A stretch of DNA of 64,000 nucleotides from an uncultured Candidatus Saccharibacteria bacterium (lineage in GTDB: Bacteria; Patescibacteriota; Minisyncoccia; Phycocordibacterales; Phycocordibacteraceae), in contig CAZJZB010000002.1 of NCBI GenBank assembly GCA_964550425.1, positions 1,626 to 65,625 of the forward strand, read 5' to 3'. Numbering within the stretch: the stretch's first letter is position 1; every line of letters begins with the position of its first letter. The notes beneath the pieces were generated by a model, which was not told where the DNA came from, searched no databases, and saw nothing but the letters and a program-made list of their open reading frames with translations. Made by a program: the position numbers and the translations under genes. Of the stretch, positions 57,510 to 64,000 are shown piece after piece.

Positions 57510-59675
57510 ATGGCGAAACAGATTGTGAGATGGGTCGCGCTCGGAGCGCTTTTTCTTATTCCGCTCGCGCCGCTTATGGTCGCGAACAGCTATTTTTTCC
57601 CTTTCATCACCGGCAAAGCGTTTTACTTACGCATCCTCATCGAGATAGTGGTTGTCGCGTGGGTGGTACTGGCGCTTCTTGATAAAGAATATCGTCCGCG
57701 CTACTCGCTCATCGGTGCGACAGTTGTCGGTTTCGTTGCTTGGATGTTCGTAGCGGACGTGTTCGCATTGAATGTCGTGAAGGCCTTCTGGAGCAATTTT
57801 GAACGCATGGAGGGTTGGGTGCTTCTTATTCATTTGCTCGGTTTCTTCTTTGCGGCGAGCGCAGTACTACGGGTGGAAAAAAAATGGCGTGCATGGTTCT
57901 TCACATCCCTTGGCGTTGCAGCGGTTATTTCCGGATATGCTCTTCTTCAGATGAACGGCTCTCTTGCGATACATCAGGGCGCAGCGCGCATCGATGCGTC
58001 ACTCGGCAATTCCGCCTATCTTGCGATTTATCTCCTGTTTAATACCTTCATCGCACTCTGGCTCGCCTTAACCTCAAGACACGCATGGGTGAAATGGTTA
58101 CTGATCGCTTTTGCGGTGCTTGAGGCGGTACTTATATTCTTTACCGAAACGCGCGGTACTATCATCGGACTCGCACTCGCACTCGCACTTGCAGCTCTTC
58201 TAACGGCGCTCACGGCGGGGAAACACGCCCGCCGCGCTGCGGCGGGCGCATTCGTTTTTATTCTGATTCTTGTGGGCAGCTTCTATCTTGCACGCAATTC
58301 TGACTTCGTACAAAACAATCACGTTCTGCAGCGCGTCGCCTCTATTTCGCTCAACGATGGCCAGACCCGCTTCACTATTTGGAACATGGCATGGAAAGGG
58401 GCTCTGGAGCGTCCTCTCACCGGCTGGGGACAGGAGGGTTTCAACTACGTTTTCAATAAATACTATGATTCGTCCCTCTATCATCAGGAGCCGTGGTTTG
58501 ACCGCGCGCATAATGCTTTCATCGACTGGCTTTCCGCAGGCGGCATACCGGCATTCCTGCTCTATCTCGCGCTCTATGCTTCTGCCGTAGTACTGCTCTG
58601 GAAGAGTTCAGAACTCTCGAGAAGCGAACGCATTGCTCTCACCGCCGCGCTAATCGGGTACGCCGTCCACAACCTCTTTGTTTTTGACAATCTCTACTCA
58701 TATATATATTTCTTTGTGCTCCTGGCGCTTATCGATTCACAGGTCGCACGGCCTTTCGAGCGACTTGAACAGGCGCCCGAGCTTGATGCTGCGGACGGTA
58801 TGACCTACGCGCTTCCTATCGCTATCGTTGTCGCGGTTACGCTCATCTGGACCGTAAATATTTCCGGGATGCGCACGGCGAAAGGACTCATCACCGCATT
58901 GTCGCCTTCCGCTGCCGGTCTTTCAACTAATTTTGCCGTCTTTGAGAATTTCGCGGCGCACCCACCTCTTCTTGGCATGCAGGAAGTACGGGAACAGATG
59001 GTCGCCTTCGCGGGTAGAGTGGTAGGGAGCCAACAAACGACTAATGAGGATAAACAGCGGGCGGTCTTGCTTGCAATCACCGAGATGCAGAAACAAGTTG
59101 CCGCGTATCCGCTTGACACGCGCGAACATCTCCAGCTCGCGCAAGCATATCGGATAGCTGGCGACAATACTTCGGCACTTAAGGAAATTATGACCGCCGC
59201 AGAACTCTCGCCAGGAAAAGAGGAAATCTGGATTCAGGCGGGCGCGACTGAATGGGATTTGGGCGATGCCGCCGCCGTGCAGAAGAATTTCAATACCGCG
59301 TACGAGCTCGGCCCGCAATTTCCGGACCTAGCCGTGTATGCCGCCGCCGGAAACATCATTGTCGGTGATATTGAGAGGGCCGATCAGATCCTGCTCGCCG
59401 CCTATGGTTCCGAAAGCGTGGACAGCGATGTTCTTGCTGCCGCATACTATCGAACCCAGAATTGGCTCCGCCTCATCGCTCTGTTGAAAGCGCGCACTGA
59501 TAAACCCGATGCAGGGGCTGATGCATGGTTCTCTCTTGCGGCGGCTTATTACAGCATGGGTGATAAGGCGAACGCCGTTACAACGATCAATACCGCTATG
59601 GCGCGGTATCCGGATGCCGCCGCCCAGGGCGCTGCCGCTCTAGAACAGATACAAGGAAAGGCGGCTGGGCAATGA
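57510..59675 (+). CDS. O-antigen ligase/polymerase-like (Wzy_C) membrane protein with C-terminal TPR-like domain
   Basis: Start chosen at MAKQIVRW (ATG 57495 or track start 57447 also possible). About 10 TM helices, then a soluble Ala-rich helical repeat region. Confidence 0.65.
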   Translation: MAKQIVRWVALGALFLIPLAPLMVANSYFFPFITGKAFYLRILIEIVVVAWVVLALLDKEYRPRYSLIGATVVGFVAWMFVADVFALNVVKAFWSNFERMEGWVLLIHLLGFFFAASAVLRVEKKWRAWFFTSLGVAAVISGYALLQMNGSLAIHQGAARIDASLGNSAYLAIYLLFNTFIALWLALTSRHAWVKWLLIAFAVLEAVLIFFTETRGTIIGLALALALAALLTALTAGKHARRAAAGAFVFILILVGSFYLARNSDFVQNNHVLQRVASISLNDGQTRFTIWNMAWKGALERPLTGWGQEGFNYVFNKYYDSSLYHQEPWFDRAHNAFIDWLSAGGIPAFLLYLALYASAVVLLWKSSELSRSERIALTAALIGYAVHNLFVFDNLYSYIYFFVLLALIDSQVARPFERLEQAPELDAADGMTYALPIAIVVAVTLIWTVNISGMRTAKGLITALSPSAAGLSTNFAVFENFAAHPPLLGMQEVREQMVAFAGRVVGSQQTTNEDKQRAVLLAITEMQKQVAAYPLDTREHLQLAQAYRIAGDNTSALKEIMTAAELSPGKEEIWIQAGATEWDLGDAAAVQKNFNTAYELGPQFPDLAVYAAAGNIIVGDIERADQILLAAYGSESVDSDVLAAAYYRTQNWLRLIALLKARTDKPDAGADAWFSLAAAYYSMGDKANAVTTINTAMARYPDAAAQGAAALEQIQGKAAGQ

Positions 59676-60736
59676 GAAGGAAATCAGAATCCAACGTCAC
59701 GACGAGTAAGGGAGGTATAGTTTCCACGCATGTTCCGCTCGCGCCATTCACGACGTTTGGTGTCGGAGGAGAGGCGCGTTTTTTCATAGAGGCGCACACC
59801 GAAAAAGATATTAAAGATGCGATAACGCTTGCACGACAACATGCTCTTCCACTGTTCGCGTTAGGCGGAGGCAGCAATGTGCTTGTACCGGACGCGGGCA
59901 TTGTCGGCGTTGTGCTGAAAATAGCGATGAGCGATATCGTATGTGAAAAGGAAGGTGATGAAACGTTGCTTGTTGCGGGCGCCGGTGCTCTCTGGGATGA
60001 CGTCGTCGACAATGCGGGTGCGCGCGGCCTCTTTGGCATTGAGAATCTTGCGGGTATCCCCGGCACGGTTGGAGGCGCCGCAGTACAGAACATCGGCGCT
60101 TATGGTGCGGAGCTGGAAAATGTATTCGCGTACGCCGATGTCATTGATAGTGCGACTAGTTCGCCTCGGCGCATTACTCGTGCGGAAGCGGCATTCGCCT
60201 ACCGCACCAGTTTTTTCAAAGAGCATCGCGAACATATTATTACGCGCGTTGCAGTACGGCTCTTTGAGCGCGCAAAACCGAATATTTCCTACGCCGATCT
60301 CGTCCGTGCAAGTGCAGAGGGCGTGCCGCTTGCGACGCCCGTTGAGATTGCGCGCGCCGTCCGCACCATCCGCAGTAAAAAATTCCCTTCCACGTCCGGA
60401 GAAGGGACCGTCGGCTCGTTCTTCAAGAACCCCATAATCTCGAGTGAGATTTTCCCATCGCTCATCAGGCGTTTCCCTGGTCTTCCTGCGTTTCCACAAG
60501 CAGACGGTCGCATAAAAGTGTCGCTCGCATGGATTCTGGACCACGTACTGTCGCTTAAAGGGTTCGCTAAAGGTCCAGTGCGGTTGTATGAACACCATCC
60601 GCTCGTTATTGTCGCTCGCGCCGGCGCGCGCGCGGCGGACATTGACGCTTTTGCGCGCGACATTGAAGAGCGCGTGCTCGCCGCCACCGGTATCACTATT
60701 GAACGGGAGGCGGAAATGTTCGGTACCCCTCGATAA
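59672..60736 (+). CDS. murB: UDP-N-acetylenolpyruvoylglucosamine reductase
   Basis: FTTFGVGGEARFF, LGGGSNVLV and MurB C-terminal domain motifs. Confidence 0.85.
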   Translation: MRRKSESNVTTSKGGIVSTHVPLAPFTTFGVGGEARFFIEAHTEKDIKDAITLARQHALPLFALGGGSNVLVPDAGIVGVVLKIAMSDIVCEKEGDETLLVAGAGALWDDVVDNAGARGLFGIENLAGIPGTVGGAAVQNIGAYGAELENVFAYADVIDSATSSPRRITRAEAAFAYRTSFFKEHREHIITRVAVRLFERAKPNISYADLVRASAEGVPLATPVEIARAVRTIRSKKFPSTSGEGTVGSFFKNPIISSEIFPSLIRRFPGLPAFPQADGRIKVSLAWILDHVLSLKGFAKGPVRLYEHHPLVIVARAGARAADIDAFARDIEERVLAATGITIEREAEMFGTPR

Positions 60737-60777
60737 CTTTCACAAAAAAATCCCTTAGGATTTTTTGTGAAAGTTAT
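60733..60777 (+). terminator. long near-perfect palindromic stem-loop (about 19-bp stem, loop CTTAG) overlapping the murB stop; candidate terminator/regulatory hairpin
   Basis: ATAACTTTCACAAAAAAATCC / GGATTTTTTGTGAAAGTTAT read directly. No clean downstream U-tract. Confidence 0.4.
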
Positions 60778-60909
60778 CCACACTCTGCAATTTTTTGTCA
60801 CACAAAGTTTTTATACGCGCGATAATGATACGTAGAAACGTTTGTGCATGACATATTTCAGGCACAGACGGGTCGACATATCAACCACGATTTCTAATTT
60901 GCAACCACC

Positions 60910-60975
60910 ATGGCAAAAAAGCGCAAGGCCGCAAAGAAAGCGACGAAGAAACGCACGGCAAAGAAGCGCCGCTAG
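60910..60975 (+). CDS. tiny Lys/Arg-rich ORF (21 aa, MAKKRKAAKKATKKRTAKKRR)
   Basis: ATG at 60910. It is followed by two hairpins and sits in the murB-secA intergenic region. Could be a small basic protein or non-coding. Confidence 0.25.
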   Translation: MAKKRKAAKKATKKRTAKKRR

Positions 60976-61011
60976 TTCTCTATCTGCCTGAATCTATCAG
61001 GCAGAAAAGAA

Positions 61012-61047
61012 GAAACGTCCCGTCTCTACGGCGGGACGTTCTTTCTT
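61012..61047 (+). terminator. Rho-independent terminator
   Basis: AACGTCCCG-loop-CGGGACGTT followed by CTTTCTTTT. Confidence 0.55.
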
Positions 61048-61085
61048 TTAGTCCATAGGCGGATTATGTGGTATAGTGCGGCATA

Positions 61086-63617
61086 ATGTTCGGACTCTCC
61101 CGTTTTTTCTCAAAAAATCAATCCGCGACCTTTCTAAAGACCGCGGCTAGAAGTGTTGCGGCGATAAATGCGCACTCTGAGGAACTGAAAGAAATTCCGG
61201 ACTCTGCTCTGCGCGCTCGGATGCTCGAAGTGCGCACCCGCGCACAAGAGGCGGGCATGACACTCGTGGCCGACCTCCCGTTAGTATTCGCGCTTGTGCG
61301 CGAAGCGGCACATCGTACGCGCAGTGAGCGTCATTTCGATGTGCAACTTATCGGCGGTCTTGCACTCACGGAGGGTAACATCGCTGAAATGCGCACTGGC
61401 GAGGGAAAGACGCTTGTCGCGACGTTACCAGCAACTTTTCATGCGCTTTCCGGCAAAGGCGTACAGATCGTTACGGTAAACGATTATCTCGCGCGCCGCG
61501 ACACCACCTGGATGGGTCAGGTCTATGACTATTTCGGTCTGACCGTCGGCGTTGTTACCTCCACCGGCGCGTACCGTTACGACGCATCACACGTTGCAAA
61601 AGAAGAAGACGCAGAACGCGATGTGGAAGGATCCTTCAAAGTGTTCTACGACTATTTGCATCCCGCAACCAAAAAAGAGGCGTACGCGTGCGACATCACC
61701 TATGTCACCAACAATGAACTCGGTTTCGATTATCTGCGCGACAACACAGCGTACGATGCATCGCAGGTCGTGCAGCGTCCGTTCAACTATGCGATCATCG
61801 ACGAAGTTGACTCCATTCTGATAGACGAGGCGCGCACACCACTCATTATTTCGGGACCCGCGCCCGATGCGCAGATGTTCTACGAGCGCTTCGCAGGCAT
61901 TGTCCGTGGCATGAACGAGAGTGAGGATTATACTGTTGATGAGAAACAAAAAGCCGTTCAAATAACGGAGGAAGGAATGCATAAAGCCGAAGCCGCACTC
62001 GGCCTGGAGAACCTCTACACCGAAGGCGGAATAAAATACGCGCACCATCTCGAAACGGCAGTACGAGCAAAAGCGCTTTTCCACAGGGATAAGGAATATG
62101 TGGTGCGTGACAATGAGATTGTCATCGTGGATGAGTTTACGGGAAGGATGCAGCCGGGTCGGCGCTGGTCGGAAGGCCTCCATCAGGCGATTGAGGCGAA
62201 AGAGGGTGTGAAGATACACGAGGAAACGCGCACCTATGCAACCGTCACGTTCCAAAATCTCTTCCGCATGTATAAGCGGCTTGCCGGTATGACCGGCACC
62301 GCGCTTTCTTCGGAGGAGGAATTCTATACGGTGTACGGACTCGAGGTTGTTGCGGTGCCGACCAATAAACCCTTGGAACGCAAAGATCATGACGACCTCA
62401 TCTTCCAAACGGCGGCGGGAAAATATCGCGCCGTCGCGCGAGCCGTGAAAGAGCGGCATCTGAAGGGACAGCCGGTTCTCGTCGGGACGGTCTCCGTCGA
62501 GGATAACGAGACAGTAAGCACATATCTCGCAAATGAGGGTGTGCCGCATGAAGTGCTGAACGCGAAGAATCATGAACGCGAGGGAGAAATCATCGCGAAT
62601 GCGGGGAAAGAAGGATGTGTGACGGTCGCAACCAATCTTGCGGGTCGCGGCGTTGATATCAAGCTCGGGGGTGCGCTCGCGTCAAACGAAGAGCGCGCTT
62701 TGGTCCTTAGGAATGGGGGTCTGGCGGTCATCGGCACCGAGCGGCACGATGCGCGCCGCATCGACGATCAACTACGCGGTCGTTCCGGCCGCCAGGGCGA
62801 TCCGGGTGAGACGCGTTTCTATGTTTCCCTGGAGGATAAGCTTATGCGTGTTTTTGCATCCGAGACCCTGAAGAAGGTTATGGGGCGCTTCGGCATTCCA
62901 GAAGACGAACCCATTGAGAGTGCGATGATTACACGGTCTCTGGAGACCGCACAGGGACGCATTGAAGGATTTAACTTCGATTCGCGCAAGCAGGTACTTG
63001 CCTACGACGATGTGATGAATACGCAGCGTCTGGCGATGTATGCGCGGCGCCGCGCCGCGCTCCTCGGAAGCGATGCGGAAGTAGAAGGACTCATTCGCGA
63101 GTTTATCGGGGATGGCGAAGTGGCGCTCGTCGCGTTTGAAGCGAAGAAAACTGATCTTGGTGCCGCATTCGCCACACATCTGCGGCGCCTCCTTCTGCAG
63201 GTGATAGATACTTTTTGGCTTGAACACCTTGAAACCATGGACTACCTGCGTCACTCGGTATCGCTCCGGGCCTACGGTCAAAGGGATCCTCTCATAGAAT
63301 ACCGGCGGGAGGGGCTTACGCGATTTCGCCAACTTGAAGAGAATATCCGAGCGGCGGTCGTCGAGGCCTTGCCGCGTCTCATGTCTGCGGAGGACATTCG
63401 TTTGGCCAACCAGCGGGCGGCAGAGGAAGCAAAAGTCCGGGCGGCGCTTACGACCGGACATGAAGAGGAAAACGGCCCACAGATGCCTATCAAAAAAACG
63501 CTTGAATATGGCCGTAATGATTTCGTCACTATTAAGAAAGGCGATAAAACCCAAACACTCAAATTCAAAAAAGCAGAACCTCTGCTGTTAGAGGGGTGGG
63601 AAATAGTACAGCAGTAG
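61086..63617 (+). CDS. secA: preprotein translocase ATPase SecA
   Basis: DEAD-like motor motifs (MRTGEGKTLVATLP, IIDEVDSILIDEARTPLIISG), preprotein cross-linking and helical scaffold regions, 843 aa. Confidence 0.9.
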   Translation: MFGLSRFFSKNQSATFLKTAARSVAAINAHSEELKEIPDSALRARMLEVRTRAQEAGMTLVADLPLVFALVREAAHRTRSERHFDVQLIGGLALTEGNIAEMRTGEGKTLVATLPATFHALSGKGVQIVTVNDYLARRDTTWMGQVYDYFGLTVGVVTSTGAYRYDASHVAKEEDAERDVEGSFKVFYDYLHPATKKEAYACDITYVTNNELGFDYLRDNTAYDASQVVQRPFNYAIIDEVDSILIDEARTPLIISGPAPDAQMFYERFAGIVRGMNESEDYTVDEKQKAVQITEEGMHKAEAALGLENLYTEGGIKYAHHLETAVRAKALFHRDKEYVVRDNEIVIVDEFTGRMQPGRRWSEGLHQAIEAKEGVKIHEETRTYATVTFQNLFRMYKRLAGMTGTALSSEEEFYTVYGLEVVAVPTNKPLERKDHDDLIFQTAAGKYRAVARAVKERHLKGQPVLVGTVSVEDNETVSTYLANEGVPHEVLNAKNHEREGEIIANAGKEGCVTVATNLAGRGVDIKLGGALASNEERALVLRNGGLAVIGTERHDARRIDDQLRGRSGRQGDPGETRFYVSLEDKLMRVFASETLKKVMGRFGIPEDEPIESAMITRSLETAQGRIEGFNFDSRKQVLAYDDVMNTQRLAMYARRRAALLGSDAEVEGLIREFIGDGEVALVAFEAKKTDLGAAFATHLRRLLLQVIDTFWLEHLETMDYLRHSVSLRAYGQRDPLIEYRREGLTRFRQLEENIRAAVVEALPRLMSAEDIRLANQRAAEEAKVRAALTTGHEEENGPQMPIKKTLEYGRNDFVTIKKGDKTQTLKFKKAEPLLLEGWEIVQQ

Positions 63618-63643
63618 GTAGTTTATAGAAGGTAGAATGTAGT

Positions 63644-63997
63644 ATGAAAGAATACCAACCAAGTGCTTTTAAGAATCTGATTGTCTGGCGCAAGAGTATG
63701 GATGTCGCGCGGCTTTCCTATGCACTTGCAAACAGACTGCCGAAGGAAGAACAGTTTGGCTTAGCGAATCAAATACGACGCTGCGCAGTATCCATTCCAT
63801 CGAATATCGCAGAAGGTTCTAAGAGGAGCGGCAAAAAGGAATTTAAGCAATTCCTACGCATCGCTGCGGGCTCAGCAGCCGAACTCGAAACACAACTGCT
63901 TCTTTCGAAAGATTTATACGAAAACAACCCGGAAAGTGCATTATCGCTATTAAATGAAGTTGAACGTATGATTGAATCGTTGTCTCGGAAGATCTGA
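63644..63997 (+). CDS. four-helix-bundle protein (23S rRNA intervening-sequence protein family)
   Basis: A 117-aa helical protein with the WRKSMDVARLSYALANRLPKEEQFGLANQIRRCAVSIPSNIAEG pattern typical of this family. Confidence 0.7.
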   Translation: MKEYQPSAFKNLIVWRKSMDVARLSYALANRLPKEEQFGLANQIRRCAVSIPSNIAEGSKRSGKKEFKQFLRIAAGSAAELETQLLLSKDLYENNPESALSLLNEVERMIESLSRKI

Positions 63998-64000
63998 CTA

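Noticed and set aside
60985-61005. Hairpin CTGCCTGA-ATCTA-TCAGGCAG after the tiny basic ORF
   Set aside because: It lacks a following U-tract. The adjacent 61012-61047 hairpin is the better terminator candidate, so it is not listed separately.
61587-62573. 328-aa minus-strand ORF inside secA, and many similar antisense ORFs (for example 2197-2412, 3013-3462, 5186-5698, 12125-12745, 31568-32212, 59596-60093, 59861-60598)
   Set aside because: They lie wholly within strongly supported sense-strand genes with clear family motifs. They have biased Arg/Ser/Ala-rich compositions typical of shadow frames in GC-rich coding DNA.
1-64000. CRISPR arrays, rRNA genes, integrases/transposases, phage structural genes
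   Set aside because: No repeat-spacer periodicity, rRNA-like conserved blocks, or tyrosine/serine recombinase or DDE motifs were seen on either strand.

Overview
The window is almost entirely coding, gene-dense (many ATGA/GTGA/TAATG stop-start overlaps) and mostly on the + strand. Its style is consistent with a small-genome bacterium, possibly a Patescibacteria/CPR lineage, but this cannot be verified from sequence alone.

Layout, left to right:
- (i) 652-1545: a tRNA-Ile(GAU) gene, a single 185-aa ORF with a HEPN-like Rx4H motif, and then a fragmented second tRNA-Ile copy.
- (ii) 2177-5927: peptidoglycan and translation housekeeping. This is a MurD fused to an M15 CwlK-like peptidase, followed by MurC and RsmI.
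- (iii) 6114-9379: a TraD/VirD4-like P-loop ATPase with a long disordered tail, next to a secreted lamin-tail-domain + PKD surface protein.
- (iv) about 9.4-57.5 kb: a very large surface-glycan biosynthesis and tailoring locus. It contains:
  - seven or more GT4 glycosyltransferases, GT2 and GT9 glycosyltransferases, an exostosin-like GT and a GtrA-like protein;
  - three FkbM-family methyltransferases, two TylCIII-like C-methyltransferases, a class I SAM methyltransferase and an FdtA-like cupin;
  - rmlBACD, a NUDIX hydrolase, two SDRs and an RfaE-II-like nucleotidyltransferase;
  - a truncated UGDH-like gene;
  - an acpS / FkbH-like HAD / ACP / MaoC / SDR cassette;
  - a nonulosonic-acid-type module (CapD/PseB-like dehydratase, reductase, carbamoyltransferase, NeuB-like synthase, HisH/HisF/WbuX-like amidotransferase trio, CMP-sugar synthetase);
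  - an ABC exporter, a DltD/AlgJ-like + MBOAT pair and an O-antigen-ligase-like TPR membrane protein.
- (v) 59672-63997: murB, a tiny Lys/Arg-rich ORF between hairpins, secA, and a four-helix-bundle (23S IVS family) protein.

No rRNA, CRISPR array, integrase or transposase was recognised.

The most unusual candidates are:
- the tRNA-Ile duplication bracketing a lone HEPN-like ORF;
- the ACP/FkbH-like cassette embedded in a methyltransferase-rich nonulosonic-acid locus, which may build an O-methylated glyceroyl-type acyl decoration;
- the MurD-M15 peptidase fusion;
- the ATPase + lamin-tail-domain pair.

All functional calls are by motif recognition on the supplied translations. No database search was possible.
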